A stretch of DNA of 64,000 nt. Source: Octopus sinensis. Lineage: Eukaryota. A program made the position numbers and the translations under genes. A model generated the notes under the pieces. That model saw only the letters and a list, made by a program, of their open reading frames with translations. It had not been told where the DNA came from and ran no database searches. The DNA lies in NCBI RefSeq assembly GCF_006345805.1, contig NC_043000.1:143406001-143470000 (forward strand), read 5' to 3'. Positions 1-12,450 of this stretch are shown piece by piece (positions within the stretch are counted from its first letter, which is position 1; every line of letters begins with the position of its first letter).

Positions 1-82
1 TAATATAAATTAAATAATCTTATGTATTGGCTTAAGTTTTTCATTGTATGATTTGTCTAATAGTGGTTTTGTCTCTAATTTA

Positions 83-87
<5 letters not shown>

Positions 88-138
<51 letters not shown>
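88..138. repeat. (TA)n microsatellite
   Basis: Uninterrupted TA dinucleotide run. Confidence 0.95.
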
Positions 139-141
<3 letters not shown>

Positions 142-1227
142 ACTGCAGCGAGGTAGAAACACTCAAATCCATTAACTTCTCTTAAACATTTGTGTCAACA
201 TTTTCCTTGCATGACTGGTTTTCTGAGTGGCAAACAAATGTCTTCTACGCTGTAATCGTTTTAGTTTCAGCACACAACCTCAAATCATAGATCTGCTGTG
301 TAAGTACGTCTTCGTGTTGTATATGGCTCTTGTATCAAATTATCATAAATAGTAAATGTGACGTTTAAGGAAATCTAAAAATAAAATCATACTATATCTA
401 TAGTATGATAAGATCTATATAAGTATGTTAAAGGCAATGGCTAAAAAGTCGCAAATAATTTTGTTATTAGCAGAAATGAAATGAACGCATTTTTTTTAAA
501 TTGAAAAATAAGACACTTTTGCACTAGGTAAACATGGAAAACATTTCGTGTAATAACACCTCTTTTGCTTTTATCGTGACTCTGATGTTTACCTTATGCG
601 CTCAAAATTTTACATTTCATTCTCCTGACAAAAACTGAACATTGAAATCTTCTCTATTGCCTATGCACCCATTAATTCCTTCTGAAAAATCCATGATTTG
701 AAGCATTTTATCAACATCTCTCCCCGAAAATATAAGTGTTGTTTTTATAAACTTCAACACGTTAAGTTTTGTCCTTTGCTTGTATAAGGGCTCAACAATT
801 ATATTCGGTATACAATCAGGTTACATCGTCTCGTCCTGTACATCAAAACACCATATCGTTCATTCTTTATTTATCTATAAAACATCAGTTGAAAGAAAAT
901 TATACTTTAGTAAATCATTCAAAGATAGCTATTCCATATAAATTTTTAACTCATTCATTTTGACACGGCTAACTTCTTGTCTTTCATGATGAGACTATCA
1001 TTTTCATCTATTTTGTATTGATCTTTCCAATCACATTACTTGCTATATTAATTCAATTACCTATAACGCAATAAATAATTATGTTGCTTATCACACGACA
1101 GCTACGTAATTGTATAATCATTTCTATATGCTTCTATGAATGAGTCCATAAGTATTTTTTTGTTTCTGTTAGCACCTTGGCAGAATAAACAAATATTCAC
1201 TCATAGCATACTCACATGTGTGCGCAC

Positions 1228-1228
<1 letters not shown>

Positions 1229-1303
<75 letters not shown>

Positions 1304-1411
1304 TTATTTATGTATGTATGTATGTATGTACATATGTATCTATCTATATATAATATATATATATACACGCATATATATAAACACAAACACAGACCCCACG
1401 CACACACACAT

Positions 1412-1445
<34 letters not shown>

Positions 1446-1580
1446 GTATATATACACATGTACATATTTATACATATTTATACATGTATATATGTACGCA
1501 TACATACCTACAAACATAGACAAACACGCACATTTTTATATCTTTATACACAAAAATACACACACACACGCACACACATT
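1229..1580. repeat. Compound microsatellite (TCTA)n/(TATG)n/(TA)n/(CA)n
   Basis: Directly visible. It produces the YLSI/HT repeat ORFs in the track. Confidence 0.9.
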
Positions 1581-2629
1581 TGAAGTGAAATATTCGAAAT
1601 TCTGGCTCTTGTGTCACTTTTACCTCACGCATACATATGCATATATTTTCGAGCCACGTCTACATTTTTGTGAGCTTTCTGATCTAGGAATGTGTGCTTG
1701 TTATGGGAACAACAATTATTCTGAAAAAAAAAAAAAATGAAAATGCAACTAAATCTGTTTTAAAATCCAATGGAAATGTATTCAATGAAAATTGTTCATT
1801 ATTTCAGTAACTAAAGTCTTTGCATCAGCTTGCCTTCAGTCATGACGTCTGCATGCTTCAAGCATTGTTACTTTCTAGATAATTTTTTTCTTCTTCAATA
1901 TATGCAGTGTATATATGGAAATTTCTTCGTTGGAATGAAGCCTAAAATCTTATCTGTGCGTTAAGTACGTTGAATATTCATTGAATGGACATTAGATTGT
2001 TCAGAAAGGGAAGAATCAGTCATTTCTGGGCTCTAAACTGCTTATTCTTATCTAAAGATTTCATTCATGTTTCCGATTAATGTTGTTCCATAAGTTAAAG
2101 CGATATTCGGAAATTGCTATCCATACAGCCTATTTCCTGGAATTGAGACGCCTAGAAATTAGAATTTGAATGAAAATTTGAAGCATCTGCTTAAAGAATA
2201 ACAGCCGTAACCAAGGCAAACATCGTCTTCAATGCGGATTCAAATCGAGATTGTATTGTGTTTAATTTATTTCTTTTATTCTTTGTAGAAAGACACGGAG
2301 AGCATGATTAAAATATACACTTCTCGCATTTCTTTAAACATTAACGAGAGCTTGTACGTGGACGGTTGACATGCTAGAAATTACAGTCAACTTTAACTCT
2401 CTCAAATCGCGCTGTATCGCCAGAATTCATAAAGAAGGCATTAGAGAATCTGAGGTCTGATCAGATTTGAGAAGATTAAACAAGTATAATACGCATAAAA
2501 GAAGTAAAACCTAAAACAAACAAAAAAAAATCACCAAGACCAACAATTTTCGGACTGAATTACATGTGTCATCAAAGCATATTACGTACAAAAATAGACA
2601 GAAATAGTATTATTACAGATGATAATATT

Positions 2630-3410
2630 GAAATCAAGAAATGTCCCAGGACACATCCGCACTTCGTCTAGTCGAAATGTCCTCTCCCTCAACTGCTTCT
2701 CTTCCGTGGGGTAGCTTTACCAATCATTCATGTCAAGGACCATCACCGGCGATAAAAGTTGGGTATATGGATACAACCCTGAGAAGAAGCAGCACACATC
2801 ACAATGGAAAAGCATTTCATTCTACGATCGAAGAAGGCACGACAAAGCCGCGGCTAAATCAAGAACATTCTCATTATTTTTTTTTTTCGACATCTGTGGT
2901 ATTGTACATATAATATTTGTCCCCCGGTATCGGTCCGTCAATCGAAAGTTCTACTGCGATATTTTGACGTGTTTGAGAGAGGATATTCGGCGAAAATCAC
3001 CAGATCTATGGGGCATGAAAAATTGGATTGTTCACGAAAATAATTTGCCCTGTCATCGAACTCTTTTCATTTGTGAGTTTCTGGCAAAAACAACATGGCA
3101 CCGCTTCCGTACCCGCCCTGTTCGGCAGATTTAGCACTTGCGGACTTACACCACTTCTCCAATATGAATAAAACAGCACAAACGTCGCCGTTTTGATATC
3201 ATTGTCGAGATCAAGAGCGAATCACAGAAAACCCTCGACTCGCTTAAAGAAAACGACTTCCAAGCAGGATTGGAAATGTGGCAGGATCGCTGGGACCGGT
3301 TTTTAGCTCGCAAGGTGACTATTTCGAAGGAGATCATGTTAACTCCTAGGTAAACAAGTTATTTTGTTATCAAGCACAAGTCCGGAGACATTTCAGTAAC
3401 ACCTCATGTA
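2630..3410 (+). mobile_element. Mariner (D,D34D) transposon remnant, 5'-truncated, with 3' TIR
   Basis: ORF 2730-3134 reads ITGDKSWVYGYNPEKKQHTSQWK...FFDICGIVH...FYCDILTCLREDIRRKSPDLW...WIVHENN (mariner ITGDESW, FFD, HDNA motifs). A frameshifted continuation gives PYPPCSADLALADL (YSPDLAPxD) and ends GDYFEGD. A TIR-like GTCCGGAGACATTTCAGTAACACCTCATG+TA lies at ~3380-3410. Confidence 0.9.
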
Positions 3411-3903
3411 TATATATATAAACGCCAAGACACTTTTAATGACTGCTGTGAAATGAAAAGCGACTTAAATCATAACTGTTGTTCTTCTTTCGCTTCAAGT
3501 CGGATGACCAAAGGTCTTTTATCCATGAACGTCCTGATGTATTCCCTAATTCTATGCCATTATCGTGTCATATATTCTTTAAACTAAACGGCAGTGTAGA
3601 AGATCTAGTTTTAAATACAATAAGTTTGTAACATGCATCTGATAAAATTCTCGAATAAAGATTTCCTATTTAAGAATAGAGTCTTCATAAACTTGCAGCA
3701 GGTTCACAGAAAAGTGTGTTGTTTGTGTAGTTTCTAATTCCATTCCTAGAAAATTGCTTAATTTATGTATTATGCTTTACTACGTTTTGGAGTTAATGAC
3801 TTCTCCCAACTATATTTCGTCATCTGCACCCACGAAAAATATATGTACGTATGAATATTTATTTTTCTTAAAATTGATACGGCGTCTTCATATAGATCTC
3901 TGA

Positions 3904-4295
3904 GGTGGAGGCGCAATGGCCCAGTGGTTAGGGCAGCGGACTCGCAGTCATAGGATTGCGGTTTCGATTCCCAGACCGGGCGTTGTGAGTGTTTATTGAG
4001 CGAAAACACCTAAAGCTCCACGAGGTTCCGGCAGGGGATGGTGGTGATCCCTGCTGTACTCTTTCACCACTCTTACTTTCTCTCACTCTTACTTTCTGTT
4101 TCTGTTGTACCTGTATTTCAAAGGGCCGGCCTTGTCACTCTCTGTGTCACGCTGAATATCCCCGAGAACTACGTTAAGGGTACGCGTGTCTGTGGAGTGC
4201 TCAGCCACTTACACGTTAATTTCACGAGCAGGCTGTTCCGTTGATTCGGATCAACCGGAACCCTCGTCGTCGTAACCGACGGAGTGCTTCCGTCC
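3904..4295 (+). mobile_element. Full-length tRNA-derived SINE (body 1 + tail 1) with 12-bp target-site duplication
   Basis: Pol III A box TGGCCCAGTGGTTAGG and B box GTTTCGATTCC. Flanked by the direct repeat ATAGATCTCTGA at 3892-3903 and 4296-4307. Confidence 0.92.
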
Positions 4296-5079
4296 ATAGA
4301 TCTCTGAACATACTTTAATGTAAGACTAATACCTTTATGGTTTGTTGCAGGTTTGAAAGAATAGATCAGAATCTAAATACATTACGAACGAATCTAAACT
4401 TCTATTTAAGAGATGCCTTTAATATCTCAAACGTTTAAAGCCTGGAAACTAAGGTAGTATTTCCTACATGAGTAAAAGGACGTCGAAGCTTCATCTGTTC
4501 GATCAACTAATTTTACTGCCTATTGATTTATACTATAAGTGTTTGATCATTACATAGATAAGTATAACGTTAAGATAATCATCAAGTAGAATCTTCATGA
4601 TACTATGTGATTAGGTTGTACTTTTGAAAGTGCTATCTTTGCTGAGAATTTCCGCAATTCTTGCCAACTCGTTTTATTTTCTCAAAGCTTGGGTACACAT
4701 AGGTGAAATACCCATGCTCAAAATGTCATGCGATGTAATTGAATCTACGCTTTCGTGTTTTTGAAGCGATCTTAAACATTTCATCATGCTGCGACCTCAG
4801 GCTCAACACACTGCTTGGTTTATCACAACTATGTAATACTTGCCTATCTTTGGAGGAGTTTACTCTGTTGCAAATAATTTACTTTCACATACTGGTTTGC
4901 AGTCACATCATTCAAGAAAGGTTTGCAAGCGTTACGAACCTATCACTACAGTGATTTCCTCAATTTTCTAGAAATATTTCGTTCCTACAAACTTCATTCG
5001 ACTTCATTCTTCCAAAATGTATATCTTACTTCCTGACGTAAAATTAATCTCCTGAAGACTCATTTATTTTCTTTTTTTC

Positions 5080-5416
5080 TGCCTTTAAGCGTCCAACGCG
5101 GAGTATAGCCCACTTATAATTGAATTCCATGTCGCATAATTTTTCGCTTCTGTACTTATACTCTGCCATAAATGTCCCCCTTTCTCTAGTTCCTTTCATG
5201 TTGATCTACGTTACGAATTTTTAGGCCTGTCTTTATTTCTATACACATCAGGATTCCACTGTAAAGCACTTTTCGCTACATTTAGTGTGTCTTTTCTAAT
5301 TATGCTACCAATCCACTTCCACTTTTTCTTAAGTATTTGCTTCTAATCGAAACTTGATTTGTTCTTTGGCACGGCTCCCTAATGCTTATGTGTTCGGGCC
5401 ATCTAATTTTAAGTAT
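5080..5416 (-). mobile_element. RTE-clade LINE, 3' end of ORF
   Basis: Minus strand reads ILKIRWPEHIS...RTNQ..(fs)KWKWIGSIIRK...ALQWNPD...RPKNS*RR, the typical RTE C-terminal WKWIGH..RK..ALxWNP..RGRPK region. Confidence 0.85.
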
Positions 5417-5765
5417 GTCATGCCGTGTCTTGCATGGAAACGGAGCTACGGATAAATTCGAAGTAAAAACAGGAGTTCGACAGGGCTGTATACTTTCTCC
5501 CTTTTTTATTTCTACTAGTTCTAGATTAGATTATGAAGGAAGTTACGATTGAAAGCCAAACAGGCATTGAATGGACGGATGCAGACGTTCTAGAAGACAT
5601 CGACTTTGCAGATCATATAGCATTGCTTTCACAAACGTAAAGCCAAAATTAGAAGCAAGAGCTGCCAATCTAGGATTGAAAGTCAACCGCGACAAATCAA
5701 AAATTATGCGCGTTAATGAAGAAAACAGAGAACATATTAAACTAGTAGACGCATCAAGTAAATAT
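5415..5765 (+). mobile_element. RTE-clade LINE, reverse-transcriptase segment (inverted relative to the adjacent 3' end)
   Basis: MSCRVLHGNGATDKFEVKTGVRQGCILSPF(fs)LFLLVLD*IM...GIEWT...LEDIDFADHIALLS...LGLKVNRDKSKIMRVN, covering RT motifs GVRQGC.LSP and (Y/F)ADD. Confidence 0.9.
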
Positions 5766-6139
5766 ATTCTTTGAGTTAATGTCAACATAAGGAAAGTATT
5801 GATGCTTTCTTCATTGTCACAGTGACATATATTTAAGGATATGAGAATTTGTGAAAGACATAGTGTTACGCTAAACGGCATTAGATATTTGTGCGTCTGA
5901 CACAAAATTGAATCTAAAACTTCTTTGTTCTTTGCTCCTTAATTATTTTTTTTCCAAATCGAAACCATCAAGTAAAAATAGCAGCAGCATCCACAATACA
6001 ATTTCTATCAGAATAAAGACAATTATCGTGGGCATCATAAGCATCATCAGCATCACTTTCGTTATTAGCATTTTTATGAGCTTTTTACTCCCTACCACTT
6101 ACGCTAGATGTCGCACTCTTCAAAATGCCGTCATCACCG

Positions 6140-6196
6140 ACAACACCACCACCAACAACAACAATACCACTACCACCAACAACACATATACAAAGT

Positions 6197-6227
<31 letters not shown>

Positions 6228-6320
6228 CAATACCATAATCATGTTCATCATCATCATCATAAACTACCACCTACTCATCATCATCATCATAATCATCATC
6301 ATCATCATCATCAACATCAC

Positions 6321-6370
<50 letters not shown>

Positions 6371-6400
6371 ACATCATCAACATCATCATCATCTTTATCA
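6140..6400. repeat. Compound trinucleotide repeat (CAA/CAC/CAT)n
   Basis: Directly visible. It yields poly-His, poly-Ile and poly-Thr/Asn ORFs in different frames. Confidence 0.9.
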
Positions 6401-7559
6401 TCTTTGGGTTTTTCTCCCTATTCTTAGAAACCGAATAACCTATTTCTTATATTCATGTGTTTCTCCATTCTTTTAATCTTTTTTCGCTATCAAGCATTCT
6501 TCTTATAATATTGGCAATATTCAAAATCTGTAGCAAGATTCCTCTTATTAATATCCCCGCAGTTTACTTGGAATTCTTAATAAGCAAAAGGGAGCAAGAC
6601 TGCCACTATTATAAAAAAAAAAATACATAAATATCAAAATAAAACGAGATTACCAACTCATATTAACCTTTGCTGTTCCGTGTTTTCTCATAAACTATTT
6701 ACGTTTACTTTGTTTTGGAAAACGATAAGTGAAACGAAAAGAGAAGAAGTATGAAATAAACTGAGAAAAAATAAATAAAAACAAATAACCAGAAAAAATC
6801 AAGGAAGCTGTAGATAACTAAATTAACATAACCGAATAAAATAACTCAACTTGGCAAGAAAACAGCAATAATTATTAAATTGTTAGTGATAGTTATGTTT
6901 AATAAATAATTTTTTGTTTGCTTTTGTAGTAAGTTACAAATAGATTACAACGCATTTAGGTGAAAATTGGGGAAAAATAACGAAAAAGATAATAAAAAAA
7001 TAATAAAACAGTAAAACATATTAGAACGCTAAAAGAATGAAAAACTCAAACAGTAAAAATAAGAGATAAGCAAAATACAAAAAAAGTAAATAAATAAATA
7101 ACCATACAACAAAAATGGAAAGCAAACATTGAAACAAGAATAACAGGCAAACAGATTGTTGGCACTGTAATGGAATTGCAGAATATTAAATAAATTTGCT
7201 TCATAACTTGAAAGCATTTGCTGTCATTCTTGAAGGCCGAACGTCAGTAGCAAATAGAAGATTGTAATAAGAGATTTAAGTTTTGTTTGCTATGTCTTTG
7301 TCAGAGACATTCATATTCTCTAACGGAAAATCAGCGAGAGCAAGGGTAAGAAGACCATCAAATACAAAACAAATACTACCTCTTGCACCAGTAACACAAC
7401 CAATCATGATGATCATGATGAAGATGATGATGACGACGGCGACGATGATGATGATGCAGTAGAAATTATGCTGGCGTTATGAAATACTGTCAGAAAGTGT
7501 TGGTATAAATCAACACCACCAGAAAAGATTTCACAGAATGACAAAGCGACCGTACTTTG

Positions 7560-8400
7560 AATATGTTAATCCATAAAGAGAGGAAGATAAAGACAAAGCC
7601 AGCCGATATTTTTGTCACGAATAACCAAGAATCTAAGTGCCTTCTGATTGAATTATCAGTCCCAGCATTCGATAAGAAAGAAACTGACATATTACCCAAA
7701 TATAAAAATCTGGGAATAGAAAGAACTAGAAAATAGAGATAAAAAATAATCAGAATACCTCTAACAAGTATCTTGGGAATGATTAAAAAAAATGAGATAA
7801 AATGTAGAATTTTACGTAGAATATAGATAAGACAAAATATCCCCATACACTCAAACAACAAAATCACAAAACATAATAAGATAATACAAACCCAGGTCTC
7901 ATAAATAGAGAAAATGTTATCAAAGCAAAGAATGCATGGCCATACTAGTGTCAAAATACTCTACACTTTTTCTACAATAGACGAAGGTAGATTTACAGTA
8001 ATTAGATTGAAGAAACGGGAAGTTGCTCAAAATACACAAGCATCATCCAAACAGTAATATCAACAGATTCTACCTACCAAGAAGAGAAAGAGGACCATAC
8101 AGTACTACCATATTTAGTCTTAAAATCTTTCCTGCTTTTAATAGAGGAACATTACTGTCTACAGACGAAAACATCCAAAAGTCGTTTATACTCTAGGAGA
8201 ATCCAAGAACAAAAAGAAGAACCGCCGCATAAATATTTAGAAATACAGGGAAGCAAATGGCTAATTTATGCAGCAAATCACAGAAATTGGGTATAAAATT
8301 CCAAGCTGTGACAGCCAAATTGAAATCTGAAAACACCGAATCGATAATTACAGTCGCTCATGAACACGTCATTAGAACTACCTTCAGGAAGACTAAGGTT
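7560..8400 (+). mobile_element. Old, fragmented R4/Dong-like LINE remnants
   Basis: PADIFVTNNQESKCLLIELSVP (~7600-7665, RLE PD..D region), KIHKHHPNSNINRFYLPRRERG (~8020-8090) and LKSENTESIITVAHEHVIRT (~8320-8380) align by eye to the younger copy at 31453-32956. The fragment order is scrambled. Confidence 0.6.
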
Positions 8401-8852
8401 TATAAAACTATGTTAGAGTGTGTATGGGGAATCCTTGAAAAACAGATACGAAAGTATTAACCGTCTCTTAAGTAAATACGATAAGCCGGCACAAAAATAG
8501 GGCATGACGGTGTCGGTAAAAGCAAAGAATATACCGGGATGTTAGCCAAGTGTAGTGATAGACCATACACACAAGCACACATGCTCACACGCACACAAAC
8601 ACACAGATAGTTTACTGTTTCGTTAATTTAGGATCAACAAGAATGGGGAAGTAACTATAATTTTCTTTCATTTCTATCCTCTAGTTTTTCCGTTTTTATT
8701 CGCTCTTTCTTTACTCATTTCAATTTTGCATCAGTCTTTTCGTTTTTACTCGCTGCTGATTATCATGTAGCAGCGTCGTGATTTTGAAATACAGCATAAC
8801 ATGTTGTCAGAATATGAAAATGTGTGGAGACACAAAACACGCTGTCAAAACT

Positions 8853-9457
<605 letters not shown>

Positions 9458-11245
9458 GTAAATGTAATATGTGACAAATATTGGGTAGCCCTGATGACAC
9501 TCCGAGTTTTGCAGGTCACTCTTCTCATGAAGTAATAGGATTTTCCAATGGTCACAAGCATAAATCGTGGGCTACTAAGTTTATTTACTGAGATCTCTAG
9601 AAATGTGATTCTGTTTCCTTACAAAAGCTTTCAATGGTATTCACACACACTAAGCTCACCTTCAAGTTTAGGCATCTCCATTTTCCTCACATGATACCTT
9701 TTGCTACGACTTAATAAGGTGCAAGAACAGACCGTTAAAACAAATGTCTTGAACTTCTCAGTTTCGTCCTTTTCTATGAACAGTTATGCGGTGCGATTCC
9801 AAAACTTGGAATGCCGAGAAATCACAATCTCTCTAATATAACTGAACAGGAAATGTAAACCAGCAAGAGGATTTGTCGGATTAACGATATTTCTGCATGA
9901 TGAAAACCAATTAAATTAGTAAGTTGGCCAATTAAAATTGAAGTTATGTGATGTAATATATAAATAAAACATTTGTGCAACGTGGTTTAATTCTACTTGC
10001 AATTAGACGCAGCTGAAAATTAATGTTTTGCCTGTGCATTTGGCCAGATATCCAAGTTGTGTGTGTGTGTGTGTGTGCGTGCAAGCATGCGTCTTAGCGC
10101 GTGAACATATGTCTGCATGCATATATACACATATGCATATTTACATACACCTATACACACACAGACACTCACACAGACACACACACATACACACACACAT
10201 ACATACATGCATGCATACACAGACATTTACACACATACATATGTACGTTGCATACGAGTATGCAACCGAGTATGGTGTTTTTACATAACAAAAACATTTG
10301 TGTAAAAAATAAAAGCAAGTTTTCAACATTTCCTGTTAAAGATCGTACATATTCTCTGGGGAATTTAAGTAAAAATATTATTTTGGAAAGTGTCTAAATA
10401 TGCTTTTTTTTATGATAAATTGATTTTTTCCTTAGTTTCTATAATAAATTACAACCGCAAAAACTTGACTAGCCGACACTAAAAACCATTTTTCTCCATC
10501 AATAATTACACATCACTAATTTTACTAGTGATGTTGAATATAATTCTCACTTGCACATTTCTAATCACACATCCTTAATTACAGCATCGATTCCTTAGCA
10601 AACCAGCATTTCCATATTCTTTAATTAGGTGTACCTTAATTAACGCAACCCTAATTAGTCAGCACTAATAACTACACACATATATCTAATTAAAAATCTC
10701 TAATTACATATTCTTTATTGTGTATCCTTAATTACACGTCATATGCCAGTGCTCACCTATTCTCAACAAGTAATTGAGCAGGTTATTATAGGTTCCTAAG
10801 TGTACGTCAACTTACATGTTGTCTAGCCTTGTCAGGAGCGTTAAATATTCACATAAGACCTGAAAATATATATTTCATTTAGTTCAAAACTATTGTTGTC
10901 CCATGCACGGGAACCCATAATACGCTATATCTAAATTACACCATGCCATTCTATACAATAGAAAATATGCGGATCCGTGAACCCGACTGGACGAGTTTGT
11001 AGGACTCTTGTATTCGATCATATTTCGATTCTCCGATTAAGCGGTGCTTTATTCACTTGAGCAATGCGTTTAATTTTGCGATGCTCTATTTCGCACAACC
11101 TAACATGACTACCGGTTGCATCTGCGAGTAGGTTTCCTACATGGTGGACATGCGTACCATTTAAAATGTGCCCCGTAGTCCCTGACAAAGCGTAATCAAT
11201 AAATCTCTGTTTAATTATCTCTACGTCAATAAATATATATATATA

Positions 11246-11460
11246 CAGACAGACACACACACGTATCGTTAGCCACTACACACATTTTTTTTCTCTCTTT
11301 GTTCCTCTCCTTGTTTTTTCTGTGTCCCTTTCTGTAGAAGAGTGTAGGCTCGAAACGTAAAATATTTTTTCTATTTCTGAGCGTTATACTAATACATCTG
11401 TTTGTTTTGTTCACCCCCTGTCTTCGTCTTCTGGTTTTTTTTTTCGTAAACTCTCCCTAT
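11246..11460 (+). mobile_element. ~215-bp non-autonomous element with degenerate hammerhead motif, flanked by TA runs
   Basis: UUU-CUGUAGA-A-GAGU(GUAG)GCUC-GAAA-CG-UA-AAA at 11329-11362. Same architecture as 9266-9300 but with a core A6-to-U change. Confidence 0.55.
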
Positions 11461-12154
11461 ATATATACGTACACTGATGTATGTATTCTCATCTACAAGC
11501 AATTTCTAAATCTCCTTTTAAATTCACTTCATTCTGTCTCAACTTCTCTGAGAATGTGGGCACGTGTAGTTCCATATGAGACATTAAGTACATCAGAACT
11601 ACATTTAGTAAATTATACTTAAATACTTAAAGAAGTTAAATGATATCTCATTTCTATAGTTCACCCACTCACATATGCAGAAAATAGCACTGATAATTTT
11701 AATATGCATAGTACTCTTCATACAATAGGAAAAATACATTAAAAACACGAAACACTGAAAGTACTCCAGGCACAAACAGCTACGCCATATGTGCTGCAGA
11801 AGCATGCAATAACAATGTACTCAAAAAAAAAAAGAAGACCAAAGCTAATGAGAAAACATAAATATATATAATATTTCGCTTCTTAATAAACAGGCTGTTG
11901 CATACATTTGTACGTATGTGTGTATGTATGTATGTCTGCATGAATTTATGTATGTACGTGGGTGTATGTGTCTTTCTGCGAATGAATGCTTCTTTTTGTA
12001 TGTGGGCATATTAATATTTGCGTATGTGTCGACGTGTATGCGCGTATGTGTGTATGCATGAATTTGTGCTTTTGTGCATGTGTATACTTGTATCTCTGTG
12101 TATTATACATGTGCATATACATCACTCTGTCCCTCTCTCCCTCTGTATCTATCC

Positions 12155-12212
<58 letters not shown>

Positions 12213-12418
12213 ATGCCTTTACATGCATCTATATATATATATATATATACATACATTCATACATACATATATACATATATACATACATACATATATACAT
12301 AAATACATATATACATATATACATACATATATACATCATATATATGTATATATATATGTATATATGTATATGTGTGTGTATATACATCCTTGCATATTCC
12401 TATGTACATCTCTATGCT

Positions 12419-12450
<32 letters not shown>

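Noticed and set aside
3907-3985. tRNA gene (also at ~17310-17393, ~28080-28150, ~54075-54152)
   Set aside because: A and B boxes are present but there is no complete cloverleaf or terminator, and each continues into a SINE body.
5908-6476. 176-aa and poly-His/Gln ORFs resembling a His-rich or membrane protein
   Set aside because: All frames are explained by the CAA/CAC/CAT repeat, and there is no non-repetitive domain.
11018-11260. 80-aa minus-strand ORF with protein-like composition
   Set aside because: It starts within a microsatellite, has no recognisable motif and has no splice or homology support.
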